Assembly: GCA_900320405.1 (NCBI GenBank)
Contig: OOHM01000001.1
Coordinates: 2,843 to 66,842, forward strand
DNA length: 64,000 bases
Reading direction: 5' to 3'
From: an uncultured Pseudomonadota bacterium
GTDB lineage: Bacteria > Pseudomonadota > Alphaproteobacteria > Rs-D84
In this document: piece by piece, positions 14,781 to 25,264 of the stretch
Numbering within the stretch: the stretch's first letter is position 1
Layout: every line of letters starts with the position of its first letter
Notes under the pieces: generated by a model
The model's input: the letters and a program-made list of their open reading frames with translations, nothing else
What the model was told of the DNA's origin: nothing
The model's database searches: none
Made by a program: the position numbers and the translations under genes

Positions 14781-15446
14781 ATGAAAATCTATTCTGATAA
14801 AGTTTTTTATTTAATTGGCGGTCCAAATGGTTCGGGCAAGACAACACTTGCGCGCGAACTGATTGGCGACAACCCAAAAATATCTTTTCTTAATGCCGAT
14901 GATATTCAACGCGAAAACAATGTTAATGCGGCACGTGCGGGGATGATGTTGTTGGGCAAAATGGAAGAAATTTTCTCTATGCACGCATCATTTGCGCTTG
15001 AAACAACACTGTCGGGGAAACTGCATAATAAATTTATAAAACGCGCCCGCGCAGACGGATATAAAATTGTATTTTTATATGTGATTTTGTCGTCGGTGGA
15101 ACAGAATTTGGCACGCGTGCGGCAACGGGTTGCACTGGGTGGACACGATGTCCCAGAATACATAATTCGTCGCCGTTATAATAAAAGTATTTTGAATTTT
15201 GAGCCGGTTGCAAATATGTCTGACCAATGGGAATTATATTACAATGGTGATAAAAAATATGAGTTGTTGGCGCGCGGAGTTCACGACAAAATTGATATAG
15301 TGAACAATCCAAAATACGCTTCTTTTGTTGAACGGCGTGCCCGTGCGTTGTCTGATCACCTGTTGAATTTGGCGCAACGGGGTTCGTCCCAGGCGCGCGA
15401 TATTGCATTAAGTGCTGGTGTGCCGGTTGTATCAATTTCTCGTTAG
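14781..15446 (+). CDS. Zeta-toxin/AAA_33-like P-loop ATPase
   Basis: GGPNGSGKTT, NADDI, FALETTLSG, RVALGGHDVP motifs. Confidence 0.88.
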   Translation: MKIYSDKVFYLIGGPNGSGKTTLARELIGDNPKISFLNADDIQRENNVNAARAGMMLLGKMEEIFSMHASFALETTLSGKLHNKFIKRARADGYKIVFLYVILSSVEQNLARVRQRVALGGHDVPEYIIRRRYNKSILNFEPVANMSDQWELYYNGDKKYELLARGVHDKIDIVNNPKYASFVERRARALSDHLLNLAQRGSSQARDIALSAGVPVVSISR

Positions 15447-15488
15447 TTCCAAGAAAGGGGCACAACGACAGTGGGGGTGGTTGTGAAA

Positions 15489-15520
15489 AACGGATGCGAA
15501 TGCATCCGTTATTTTTTTTA
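15489..15520 (+). terminator. Intrinsic terminator
   Basis: AACGGATGC-gaat-GCATCCGTT plus T run. Confidence 0.75.
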
Positions 15521-15522
15521 TT

Positions 15523-15645
15523 GGGTGGTCAATTTAATCGTACCTTTTTGTCCAGTACTTTTTTTGATAAATGCGATTCAGTAAAATCAATGACTTACAA
15601 AATCACGGGGGTGGTCAAAATAAAGGTACCTTTAATGCCATAATA
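15523..15645. promoter_or_regulatory. Putative invertible promoter (paired serine-recombinase sites), locus A
   Basis: GGTCAATTTAATCG-TA-CCTTTTTGTCCAGT and GGTCAAAATAAAGG-TA-CCTTTAATGCCAT, centres 86 bp apart; same half-sites as at 39557-39676; IHF consensus match at 15585-15597. Confidence 0.6.
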
Positions 15646-15679
15646 TATGTGTATAAAACAAGCACAAAAAGGAAGGGAT

Positions 15680-16186
15680 ATGAGGATTCCAATTTTAACA
15701 TTTGGTGCAATTGCATCAATATTAACAATCAATTCGGTTTTCGCAGATACAACCGTTACATCCAAACAATATGTTGATACCACGCGCCAGGCAACAATCC
15801 CGGCCGCGGGTACAAATTATGATGAAAACGGTGGTGGTGTGTCCGTTGTTACATATACCGAAGATGCTGGGGTACTCGGTGAACGCGGAATTTGTAATGA
15901 CCCTGATGAAGATGATTGTAATAATGGGGACCTGGTCACCAATTCCTTGTTAAACAGTGCAATGGATTGGGTCACAGGGGAATTAACCAACCTGCCGGTA
16001 ACAACGGTCACATATAAAACATGTTATCAGGAAGTAAATGGCGAATGCATCCTGTGGAATTTAACCGATAAATATGTTTATGGTAGATGTCGTAATGATA
16101 GTGATTGTGACTGGATGGATGCTCAGTGCGAGGGTGGACTGTCTGGTTCTTGCAGGGACGGGAAATGTGTTTGTAGTGCGCGGTAA
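15680..16186 (+). CDS. Secreted VTSxxYVD-family protein
   Basis: Signal peptide then ADTTVTSKQYVD; Cys-rich C-terminus with ECILWNL. Confidence 0.8.
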   Translation: MRIPILTFGAIASILTINSVFADTTVTSKQYVDTTRQATIPAAGTNYDENGGGVSVVTYTEDAGVLGERGICNDPDEDDCNNGDLVTNSLLNSAMDWVTGELTNLPVTTVTYKTCYQEVNGECILWNLTDKYVYGRCRNDSDCDWMDAQCEGGLSGSCRDGKCVCSAR

Positions 16187-16305
16187 AAAAACACCGGCGG
16201 TTGCCGGTTTTTTTTTACAGCCTACTAACCATAATACTAACCACTATTTTTCACTTGCGCCCGATTCGCATTTTGTTCTAAGATAAATTAAGGAAGGAAA
16301 GGAAC

Positions 16306-17640
16306 ATGAAACAAAAATTGGTTTCTGGGTTGGGAATTTTATTGGTTTTACCGGCGTTTGCGGGCGCGCGATTGCCCACGGTGAACACCGCACGGGCGGC
16401 GGTTTCGGCGCGTGCACAATATGGCGTGGTGCCCGTTGTCGCAAAAAATACAACCACACAACCGGTTGCGGTTGAATCTTTGTCGCGCACGGCGACAAAT
16501 AAAAAGCGCGTCGTTGCACGCACATCAAAACCCAAACCGGCGCCGAGTAAAAATATTTCTGTGGATACCGGTGAAAAAATCGCCGCGAACAGTGAATACC
16601 TGGTGCCGAATCGCCCAAGTTCTGATCTTTGGGCAAAAAACGATACACCGTTGCGTATGCCGCGCGCCAATGAATTTTCGGTGATTACTTCAAACGATGC
16701 GTTGCCCGAAGAACACATTGCCAATGCGTCCGGGACAAACACCGCGAACGAGATTACAGAATTGTCGGCAAAAACATCTTCGTTGGATGCGCAAATTGCG
16801 CGTTTGATGGAATTGCAGAAACGTGCCGATGCATCGGTCGCATCGCGTCACACACGCCATACCGAATTGGCGGATGAAAAAATCGCCTATACGCCGGAAT
16901 CCGCCGTATTGCCGATGCGTGAAGAAATTCCAGAAAATGTTATTAAACCAAATATCGCGAACGCCGATGATGGCGTGCATGTCGCGCGTGTCGTTGTTCC
17001 GCGTGACGATTTGATTGGTGGCGATGTTGTGCGTCGTGCCGTTAAAAAGGATAACGAAACCAAAATTCAAGAGGTTCGCGAAGATATGACAAAAATGTCC
17101 CCGGCGGAATTGCGTCGCGCGTTTCGCAAAACATTCTTGTCGGAAAATAAACACCTGTCGACATATCCAATTGATGATAGGTTCGATGTGGCCAGTGATA
17201 TAGGCACATTTACCGAAGGTTTTACATCGGCGCGTGACCTGTCCGAAGATGCGGAAAAAATAAGACCGTTGGAAATTAAAATCGGTTTCAAAAATTCTGA
17301 TTCGGCATTGTCACGTGAAAATTATAATTTATTGTCGGAATATGCGGGCATAGTTGTTGCAAATCCAAAACGTGCGATTCAGGTTGCAATTCCGGTTGCC
17401 GCAACACAAACATCAACTGCGCGCAAATTGGCGGCACGGCGATTGGCCATTGTTGAACAGGTTTTGCGTGATACCGGTGTTTCCGAACAACGCATTGTTC
17501 CCGTTTTGTCGCAACGCGATGAAGAAGGTTTTGTATTGCGTATAATTTCAAATGAACAATTTGAAACACTGACCAAACAAAAACGCAATATGTTCGGTGA
17601 TACCGTTGGTTCCAAGACATATAAAAGTATGAGTTGGTAA
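16306..17640 (+). CDS. Secreted protein with OmpA-like C-terminal domain
   Basis: Signal peptide; IGFKNSDSALS..RKLAARRLAIVEQVLRDTGVSEQRI resembles OmpA_C. Confidence 0.65.
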   Translation: MKQKLVSGLGILLVLPAFAGARLPTVNTARAAVSARAQYGVVPVVAKNTTTQPVAVESLSRTATNKKRVVARTSKPKPAPSKNISVDTGEKIAANSEYLVPNRPSSDLWAKNDTPLRMPRANEFSVITSNDALPEEHIANASGTNTANEITELSAKTSSLDAQIARLMELQKRADASVASRHTRHTELADEKIAYTPESAVLPMREEIPENVIKPNIANADDGVHVARVVVPRDDLIGGDVVRRAVKKDNETKIQEVREDMTKMSPAELRRAFRKTFLSENKHLSTYPIDDRFDVASDIGTFTEGFTSARDLSEDAEKIRPLEIKIGFKNSDSALSRENYNLLSEYAGIVVANPKRAIQVAIPVAATQTSTARKLAARRLAIVEQVLRDTGVSEQRIVPVLSQRDEEGFVLRIISNEQFETLTKQKRNMFGDTVGSKTYKSMSW

Positions 17641-18360
17641 TTGTCTGTTTTATCTCGTGTTGTTGAATTTTTATTTCCACCGGCGTGTCCAATATGTGGC
17701 GCGCCGGTTCAAACACACGGCGAATTATGTGGCGATTGTTGGGGTTGCTTTGATTGGATTGATGGACCGCATTGTGCGCGTTGCGGTTATCCGTTCCCCG
17801 ATGATTATGAACCCGATTCAAATGCAATGTGTCCAATATGTGCATCGGGTAAAAATGATTTAGAATATGTTCGCGCCGCGTGCATATACGACGATATGTC
17901 GCGCAGTGTTATGTTGCCGTTCAAACACGGTGGTCGCATAAAGTTTGCGCGTTTTATGTCGCGCGCAATGATTTGGGCAATGCGTGATATTAACATTAAA
18001 CCCGATTTGGTTATGCCGGTGCCTTTGGCGAATCGGCGTTTGTTTCAACGCGGTTATAACCAGGCGACGCTTCTGTCGCGTGAAATTGCACGTGTGTACG
18101 GTGCGCCAATTGACTTTGACAGTGTGTGCCGTAAATATCGCCCGAATATGGGACATAAAACGCACGCGCAACGTCGCGAGCATATTCGTGGTGTGTTCAA
18201 TGTTGCAAAACCGGAACGCATCCAAGGCAAAAAGATTTTACTGGTTGATGATGTTATGACATCGGGTGCAACATTTGATGAATTGGCGCGTGTTTTACGC
18301 CGTGCCGGTGCGACGGAAATATACGGTGTGGTATTTTGTCGTGTTGTCCGTGCGAATTGA
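17641..18360 (+). CDS. comF: ComF family protein
   Basis: Double zinc ribbon, RGYNQ, LLVDDVMTSGAT phosphoribosyltransferase motif; TTG start. Confidence 0.9.
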   Translation: MSVLSRVVEFLFPPACPICGAPVQTHGELCGDCWGCFDWIDGPHCARCGYPFPDDYEPDSNAMCPICASGKNDLEYVRAACIYDDMSRSVMLPFKHGGRIKFARFMSRAMIWAMRDINIKPDLVMPVPLANRRLFQRGYNQATLLSREIARVYGAPIDFDSVCRKYRPNMGHKTHAQRREHIRGVFNVAKPERIQGKKILLVDDVMTSGATFDELARVLRRAGATEIYGVVFCRVVRAN

Positions 18361-18425
18361 TATAGATGCTTGAAATTCATTTTCTATTTGGTATTATTCA
18401 ACGAAAATAACCAAGGATAAAACAG

Positions 18426-20825
18426 ATGAATATAGAATTGGGGAAAAATATATCGCCACGCGAAATTGAATCGCGGATTCAGAAATTTTGGGATGAAAAT
18501 AATTTCTGGGACAACGATGTAAATTCGCGGCAAACACCATTTTGTGTTATGATGCCCCCACCGAATGTCACAGGAAACCTGCATATGGGACATGCGTTGG
18601 ATAATGTTATGACCGACATTATTTGTCGTTATAAACGTATGTCTGGTTTTGATGTGTTGTGGCAACCGGGAACCGACCACGCATCTATTGCGACCCAGTT
18701 ATTGGTTGAACGCGACCTGTCGAAACGTGGCATAAATCCGCACAGTTTATCTTTGGATGAAAAATTAGATGCCGCATGGAAATGGAAGGCAGAAAAGGGC
18801 GGCCAGATTATGAACCAATTGCACACATTGGGTGTGACACCGGTATGGAAACGCGAACGGTTCACTATGGACGAAGGTTTGTCGCGCGCGGTCACAAAAC
18901 TGTTTGTGAAAATGTATAACGAAGGTTTGATATACCGTGAAAAACGTCTGGTAAATTGGTGCCCGAAACAGCAAACATCTGTGTCGGATTTAGAGGTTGA
19001 AACACGTGAAGAACACGGTAAATTTTATTACTTTAATTACCCATTGGCGGACGGCGGGTTTATCGAGATTGCAACTACGCGCCCCGAAACATTATTTGGT
19101 GACCAGGCGATTGCAATTCATCCCGAGAACGATAAATTAAAACACCTGATTGGGAAAAAGGCGATTATCCCATTGACCGATATTGAAATCCCAATTATTG
19201 GCGATGTTCACGCAGACCCCGAAAAGGGTACGGGTGCGGTGAAAATCACCCCGGCGCACGACTTTGATGATTACGAGGTTGGTTTGCGTCATAACCTTAA
19301 ACCCGTATGTATTTTAACGCCGGATGCAAAATTGATAAGTGCGGCACCGGTGCCGGAAAAATATTGGGGAATGGATCGGTATGCCGCGCGCAAGGCGGTT
19401 GTGGAAGACATCGAAGCCGCGGGTTTGATGACAAAAATTGAAGATAAAATTATTCCAACGCCGTATTCACAACGCGGTATGGTTCCGGTTGAACCAATGC
19501 TAACGATGCAGTGGTTTGTTGATGCCGAAAAATTGGCAAAGCCCGTTATCGCGGCGGTTGAAGAAGGCCGTGTTCAATTTTTGCCGGACCACAGATATAA
19601 TTTATTTATGTCTTGGATGAAAAATATTCGTCCGTGGACAATTTCGCGTCAACTGTGGTGGGGACACCATATACCGGCCTGGTATGATGCAGATGGCAAT
19701 GTATATGTTTCCGAAACCGAAGAAGATGCGGTTAAACAATCGGGTGGCAAAACGCTTACGCGCGACCCGGATGTTTTGGATACATGGTTTTCTTCCGGTT
19801 TGTGGCCATTTTCGACACTTGGGTGGCCGGATGAAACACCCGAATTAAAAAAATATTATCCGACGGATTTACTGTACACCGCGGCCGACATCATATTTTT
19901 CTGGGTTGCGCGTATGATGATGATGGGAATGTATGTTATGGGTGATATTCCAATCAAAACGGTGAATTTCCACGGTTTGGTCCGTGATGCCAAAGGTCAA
20001 AAGATGTCTAAAACCAAAGGCAACGGCGTTGACCCGTTGGATGCAGTGGAAAAGTTTGGTGCCGATGCGTTACGTTATTTTGTATCAACTGCACCAATTG
20101 GAACCGATATTCGTTACAGTGAAGATGAAGTGAAACGCGGTTCTAAATTGATGACAAAACTTTGGAATGCCGCCAAGTATGTTTTGATGAATTTGACAGA
20201 TTTCGAACCAACCGGCACCGTCCCGGCGGTGGCAACGCGGCCAATTGAAGACCGTTGGATTTTGTCTGAATTGAACAAAACGGTCGCCGAAGTTCGCAAA
20301 AATATGGATAAATACGATACGTTTAATGCGCGCGGTGCGATTGATACATTCTTTTATGATGTGTTCTGTGACCAATATTTGGAATTCATCAAAGACCGTT
20401 TTTGGTCGCCGGAAAAATATGGTCCGGAATCAAAACGCGCGGCACAATGGACACTGTGGACGGTGTTGCGTGCAATAATCGGTCTGTATGCGCCGTTTAT
20501 TCCGTTCCTGACCGAAGAATTGTGGCAACGGATATACCAACCCACCGAGGGTGGTAAAACGCTGCACAGAACCGAATATCCAACGGTAAATGCAGAATAT
20601 GATACGGATACATCCGATATGCAGTATGCAATTGATACGGTTCACGCGGTGCGTGGTTTGCGTACCGACCGTAAAATTGGAAATGGTGCAAAATTAGAAA
20701 CATTGACCGTGCCCGCAAATGTACCGGTGTCGCTGTATGAATTGATTAAATCTGCGGCGCGCGCGAATAACATTGTTGTTGGCGATTCGGTTGACTTTGT
20801 TGTTGCGACGACGGAGGCAAAATAA
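18426..20825 (+). CDS. valS: Valine--tRNA ligase
   Basis: PPPNVTGNLHMGH, WTISRQLWWGH, KMSKT; no C-terminal coiled coil. Confidence 0.95.
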   Translation: MNIELGKNISPREIESRIQKFWDENNFWDNDVNSRQTPFCVMMPPPNVTGNLHMGHALDNVMTDIICRYKRMSGFDVLWQPGTDHASIATQLLVERDLSKRGINPHSLSLDEKLDAAWKWKAEKGGQIMNQLHTLGVTPVWKRERFTMDEGLSRAVTKLFVKMYNEGLIYREKRLVNWCPKQQTSVSDLEVETREEHGKFYYFNYPLADGGFIEIATTRPETLFGDQAIAIHPENDKLKHLIGKKAIIPLTDIEIPIIGDVHADPEKGTGAVKITPAHDFDDYEVGLRHNLKPVCILTPDAKLISAAPVPEKYWGMDRYAARKAVVEDIEAAGLMTKIEDKIIPTPYSQRGMVPVEPMLTMQWFVDAEKLAKPVIAAVEEGRVQFLPDHRYNLFMSWMKNIRPWTISRQLWWGHHIPAWYDADGNVYVSETEEDAVKQSGGKTLTRDPDVLDTWFSSGLWPFSTLGWPDETPELKKYYPTDLLYTAADIIFFWVARMMMMGMYVMGDIPIKTVNFHGLVRDAKGQKMSKTKGNGVDPLDAVEKFGADALRYFVSTAPIGTDIRYSEDEVKRGSKLMTKLWNAAKYVLMNLTDFEPTGTVPAVATRPIEDRWILSELNKTVAEVRKNMDKYDTFNARGAIDTFFYDVFCDQYLEFIKDRFWSPEKYGPESKRAAQWTLWTVLRAIIGLYAPFIPFLTEELWQRIYQPTEGGKTLHRTEYPTVNAEYDTDTSDMQYAIDTVHAVRGLRTDRKIGNGAKLETLTVPANVPVSLYELIKSAARANNIVVGDSVDFVVATTEAK

Positions 20826-20827
20826 GT

Positions 20828-21571
20828 ATGGCCGATGCAAAATTGATTATCAAACGCGAATTGCAGACGTACCAATGTGACCGGTATGGTAATATGCGTC
20901 CCGGAATTTTGATGAATGAACTCCAGGGATTGGGTGATACGCACGCAGAAATGTTGGGTTGCGGTCGGACATTTATTCACGAAACCAATGTTGCGTGGGT
21001 TGTGACACATTACTTGGTCGATATTGTCAAAATGCCCCGTAATGGCGAAATGCTGGAATATTCTACGTGGCCGGCATCCCATGACAATTTGCGTGCATTG
21101 CGCGATTTTGAAATTCGCGATGAAAATGGCGAATTATTGGTTCGTGCGACATCGCAGTGGGTTTTGTTTGATTTAACGAATCGTCGACTGGTACGCATAG
21201 ACGATTGGGTGCGGCATAATCCGTGGCCGGCCGATATGGAACGCGCATATGACCGTAAATTTGAAAAGTTCCCGGGATTCGAATCAGAAAAAACACATAC
21301 ATTCAAGTGCCGATTCGATGACATAGACGAAAATCAGCATATAAATAATGCGGTATATGCCGTGTGGGCAACAGAAAGCGTGGGATACGCATATCGTGAT
21401 ACGCACGAATTGTGTGGTATAGAATTAAATTACAAACACGAAATTGCGCCCGACACACCACAGGTTAATATTGATGTTAAAATTGATGGGTTAAAGACAT
21501 ACCATCGTGTGCACACGGATGACAATACCGAAAATGCACAAATTGTATGTTATTGGCGGAAAAGAAAATAA
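20828..21571 (+). CDS. Acyl-ACP thioesterase (FatA/FatM-like)
   Basis: Double hot-dog pattern; DIDENQHINNAVY motif. Confidence 0.88.
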   Translation: MADAKLIIKRELQTYQCDRYGNMRPGILMNELQGLGDTHAEMLGCGRTFIHETNVAWVVTHYLVDIVKMPRNGEMLEYSTWPASHDNLRALRDFEIRDENGELLVRATSQWVLFDLTNRRLVRIDDWVRHNPWPADMERAYDRKFEKFPGFESEKTHTFKCRFDDIDENQHINNAVYAVWATESVGYAYRDTHELCGIELNYKHEIAPDTPQVNIDVKIDGLKTYHRVHTDDNTENAQIVCYWRKRK

Positions 21572-21597
21572 AAAATGCCGGCGATTCGCCGGCATTA
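21571..21597. terminator. Hairpin between convergent genes
   Basis: AATGCCGGCG-att-CGCCGGCATT with A run on one side. Confidence 0.6.
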
Positions 21598-21612
21598 AAT
21601 CTTTTATTTGCC

Positions 21613-22230
21613 CTATTGAACCCAAACTTCGGCAAATGCCGTTGGGGTGTTTGAACTGGGCGCCCCGGATGCAACCGGAACCTTGACCGTATCGCGTGTG
21701 ACCACAATGGTCTTGCCGTCGGTCGATGTCACAGATTTTACAACATACCCATCATTCGCGGTAATCGTATCCGTTGGCGCGTTAATTGCCTGCAATATAT
21801 TTGCCAACGCCAAATTACCAGATGCATTTACAACCAAACCTTTGCCGGTGTTAGCAGTGCCTTGGGCAACATCAACCTTGCCGTCCAACGCGGTCGCAAC
21901 ACCGCCCGATGTCACCGGCTGATTATGACCTGTGGTTGGGGTTGTATCAATATTTGTTGGTGTCCACGCGTTATTGGTATACTGTAAAACTTGATTTGCA
22001 GCAGTACCTGCGGGTAACGCGTCTATAGTGCCCGGTTCAACCACACCGCTGGCATTCACAACCAACGCCTTGCCTGCGTTCGCAGTACCCTGATCTTTAT
22101 CGACCTTTAAATTATCCTGCATATCAACATATGTTTGACTGGTCACAATAGTGTCTGCAAACGCCAAAGACGGCACCACCGCAAGCAGTGCAACCAGTGA
22201 AAATCCCCCAAGTTTTCGCAGATAATACAT
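21613..22230 (-). CDS. Secreted VTSxxYVD-family protein with fibre-like repeats
   Basis: ADTIVTSQTYVD; duplicated KVDxxQGTANxGKxLVVNASG; alternative start 22251. Confidence 0.8.
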   Translation of the reverse strand: MYYLRKLGGFSLVALLAVVPSLAFADTIVTSQTYVDMQDNLKVDKDQGTANAGKALVVNASGVVEPGTIDALPAGTAANQVLQYTNNAWTPTNIDTTPTTGHNQPVTSGGVATALDGKVDVAQGTANTGKGLVVNASGNLALANILQAINAPTDTITANDGYVVKSVTSTDGKTIVVTRDTVKVPVASGAPSSNTPTAFAEVWVQ

Positions 22231-22554
22231 GGCTTCCCTCTTACTTACCATATCAAAATCCTTTTACCTTCCTTGTCTTATGTTATCATTTTATGTGATA
22301 TTTGTAAACAACAAAATCACATAAAACAAATTTTTTTACGCGCATTTCGCGTGCCAATTAGAATCTATCAAATGTGGCACACGAAACGATGCATAAGTTT
22401 GTTTGTTGTGTTGTTATGCAACAATTGTACCACAAAAAAACACCTTTTCCAAATTCGAATCGAAAAATTATTTGAAAAAAATCTTTTTTTGTTTGCTTTT
22501 CTTACATTTTTTGTGAAAAATACTCGCGCAAAAAATAACAACAAAGGAGAAACT

Positions 22555-25212
22555 ATGAGCGATAAATGGGTATACACTTTCGGTAATGGTCACGCCGAAG
22601 GTCGTGCAGATATGCGTAACCTGTTGGGTGGCAAGGGGGCAAATTTGGCCGAAATGAATTTGGTTGGTTTGCCTGTGCCGGCGGGATTTACCGTCACGAC
22701 AGAGGTTTGTACGTATTATTATGAACACAACCAGACATATCCGTCTGATTTAATGGACCAGGTTCGCGCCGGTATCAATCATATCGAATCGATTATGGGC
22801 AAGAAATTTGCCGATATGGAAAATCCTTTGTTGGTGTCTGTGCGGTCGGGTGCGCGGGTTTCTATGCCGGGTATGATGGATACTGTTTTGAATTTGGGTT
22901 TGAATGATGAAACTGTCAAAGCGTTGGCACGCCATTCTGGCAATGAAAGATTTGCATACGATTCGTATCGCCGTTTCATTATGATGTTCAGTGATGTTGT
23001 GTTGGGTGCGGATATCGACCTGTTTGAACACACTTTGGAAAAAATGAAAGAATCCAAGGGGTACAAAGTTGATACCGAATTAACCGCAGATGATTTGAAA
23101 CAATTGGTTGAACAATTCAAGGAAATTGGTGTCAAAATCGGCAAAATTTTTCCCCAGGATCCATGGGAACAGTTGAAATTGGGTATTGGCGCAGTGTTCG
23201 GTTCGTGGATGAGCAAAAAGGCCATCACATATCGCAAATTGAACAATATTCCGGGCGATTGGGGTACCGCGGTTAATGTCCAGGCTATGGTGTTTGGAAA
23301 TTCTGGGGACGATTCGGCAACGGGCGTGTGTTTTTCGCGCGACCCGGCGACCGGTGAAAACAAATACTATGGTGAATATTTAATTAATGCCCAGGGCGAA
23401 GATGTTGTTGCGGGTATTCGCACGCCCCAACCAATGAGCAAAGATGATTCTGGTCGTGTATCTTTGGAAGAGGCGATGCCGGCGGTGTACAAAGAATTGT
23501 GCGATGTTCGCGAAAAATTGGAAAAACATTACAAAGATATGCAAGATATGGAATTTACCATTGAACACGGGAAACTGTGGATGTTGCAGTGTCGTAATGG
23601 TAAACGCACGGCGGCGGCGGCGGTTCGTATGGCGGTCGAAATGGTCGGCGAAGGTCTGCTGACCAAGGAAGAAGCCATTTTGCGTGTCGGTGCCGACCAA
23701 TTGAATCACTTGTTGCATCCTATGTTGGATCCCAAGGCCGAAAAGAAAGTTATTGCGACGGGTCTTCCGGCGTCCCCGGGTGCCGCGGTGGGTATGGCGG
23801 TGTTCAATGCCGAAGATGCGGAAAAATGGGCATCCGAAGGCAAGAAAGTTATGCTTATCCGTGTTGAAACATCGCCCGAAGATATTGCCGGTATGAACGC
23901 GGCCCAGGGTGTGATTACGGCCCGTGGTGGTATGACATCGCACGCGGCGGTGGTTGCACGCGGTATGGGAACACCGTGTGTTTCCGGTTCTGCGGATATC
24001 AAGATTGATTATGAAACCAAAACAATGAAAACAACATCTGGCGCGGTTATCCATGAAGGCGATTGGGTTTCGATTGATGGTGCGCGCGGTGAAATTATCG
24101 AAGGCGCGGTTCCAACGGTTTCCGTGGAATTGACGGGCAATTTTGGTACGCTTATGCAATGGGTTGACGAAATAAAAACTTTGACGGTCAAGGCAAATGC
24201 CGAAACACCAAAAGATGCAAAGCAGGCGCGCGATTTCGGTGCCGAAGGTATTGGTTTGGCCCGTACAGAACATATGTTCTTTGACCCGGCGCGAATCCAG
24301 GATATGCGCGAGATGATTTTGGCCGATGACGAGGCCGGTCGCCGTGCGGCATTGGCAAAATTGTTGCCGTACCAGAAAGCGGACTTTGTCGAATTGTTCA
24401 AGATTATGGATGGTCTGCCGGTCACAATTCGTTTAATTGACCCACCATTACACGAATTCTTGCCACATACCGATGCAGAAATTGCAGAATTGGCGGCACA
24501 CATTGGCAAAACGGTTGAATTTGTTAAATCGCGTGCAGATGCGTTGCACGAACAAAACCCGATGTTGGGTCATCGTGGATGCAGATTGGCCATTACATAT
24601 CCGGAAATATGCGAAATGCAAACGCGTGCAATTTTGTCCGCGGCGTTGGAATGCAAAAAATCAGGTGTTTCTGTTCATCCGGAAATCGAAGTTCCGTTGG
24701 TTGGTTCCAAGAAAGAGGTCGATATTGTTAAATCTGTTATCGACGCAACCGCGGCGGCGCTGTTCGCAGAATTAGGCGAATCGATTGAATACACGGTTGG
24801 TTCAATGATTGAATTGCCGCGTGCGGCCGTTTTGGCAAACGAAATCGCGGAAAGTTGCGAATTCTTTGAATTTGGAACAAACGATTTGACACAAACAACA
24901 TTGGGTATGTCGCGTGATGACACGGGTAAAATCTTGGATGAATACCGTGCGCGTGGCATCTATGTTGCCGACCCATTTGCGTCGGTTGACCAATTGGGTG
25001 TTGGTTTGTTGATAAAAGACGCGGTGCAAAAGGCCCGCGCGACCAAGGGTGACAAAATACACCTTGGGGTTTGTGGTGAACACGGTGGCGACCCAGAATC
25101 AATTGAATTCTTCCATAAATGCGGATTCAATTCTGTGTCGTGCAGTCCGTTCCGCGTGCCAATTGCACGCCTTGCCGCGGCCCAGGCAGCGGTTAAATTC
25201 CCGCGTAAATAA
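22555..25212 (+). CDS. ppdK: Pyruvate, phosphate dikinase
   Basis: LLGGKGANLAEM, GGMTSHAAVVARG, CGEHGG; AGGAG RBS. Confidence 0.97.
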   Translation: MSDKWVYTFGNGHAEGRADMRNLLGGKGANLAEMNLVGLPVPAGFTVTTEVCTYYYEHNQTYPSDLMDQVRAGINHIESIMGKKFADMENPLLVSVRSGARVSMPGMMDTVLNLGLNDETVKALARHSGNERFAYDSYRRFIMMFSDVVLGADIDLFEHTLEKMKESKGYKVDTELTADDLKQLVEQFKEIGVKIGKIFPQDPWEQLKLGIGAVFGSWMSKKAITYRKLNNIPGDWGTAVNVQAMVFGNSGDDSATGVCFSRDPATGENKYYGEYLINAQGEDVVAGIRTPQPMSKDDSGRVSLEEAMPAVYKELCDVREKLEKHYKDMQDMEFTIEHGKLWMLQCRNGKRTAAAAVRMAVEMVGEGLLTKEEAILRVGADQLNHLLHPMLDPKAEKKVIATGLPASPGAAVGMAVFNAEDAEKWASEGKKVMLIRVETSPEDIAGMNAAQGVITARGGMTSHAAVVARGMGTPCVSGSADIKIDYETKTMKTTSGAVIHEGDWVSIDGARGEIIEGAVPTVSVELTGNFGTLMQWVDEIKTLTVKANAETPKDAKQARDFGAEGIGLARTEHMFFDPARIQDMREMILADDEAGRRAALAKLLPYQKADFVELFKIMDGLPVTIRLIDPPLHEFLPHTDAEIAELAAHIGKTVEFVKSRADALHEQNPMLGHRGCRLAITYPEICEMQTRAILSAALECKKSGVSVHPEIEVPLVGSKKEVDIVKSVIDATAAALFAELGESIEYTVGSMIELPRAAVLANEIAESCEFFEFGTNDLTQTTLGMSRDDTGKILDEYRARGIYVADPFASVDQLGVGLLIKDAVQKARATKGDKIHLGVCGEHGGDPESIEFFHKCGFNSVSCSPFRVPIARLAAAQAAVKFPRK

Positions 25213-25226
25213 AAATGCACAGATAG

Positions 25227-25252
25227 AAAATGCCCCAAACGGGGCATTTTTT
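25227..25252. terminator. Bidirectional terminator
   Basis: AAAATGCCCC-aaac-GGGGCATTTT between convergent genes. Confidence 0.75.
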
Positions 25253-25264
25253 ATAATAAAAAAA

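Noticed and set aside
22252-22440. Third copy of the leader RNA or recombinase sites upstream of the 22230 paralog
   Set aside because: Only an unrelated inverted repeat (TTTTATGTGAT/ATCACATAAAA) is present; neither motif is found
22273-22554. Long N-terminal extensions in the ORF track (ppdK here; also gyrA, murG, the invertase and the zeta ATPase)
   Set aside because: Downstream ATGs coincide with the family N-termini, and most have RBSs
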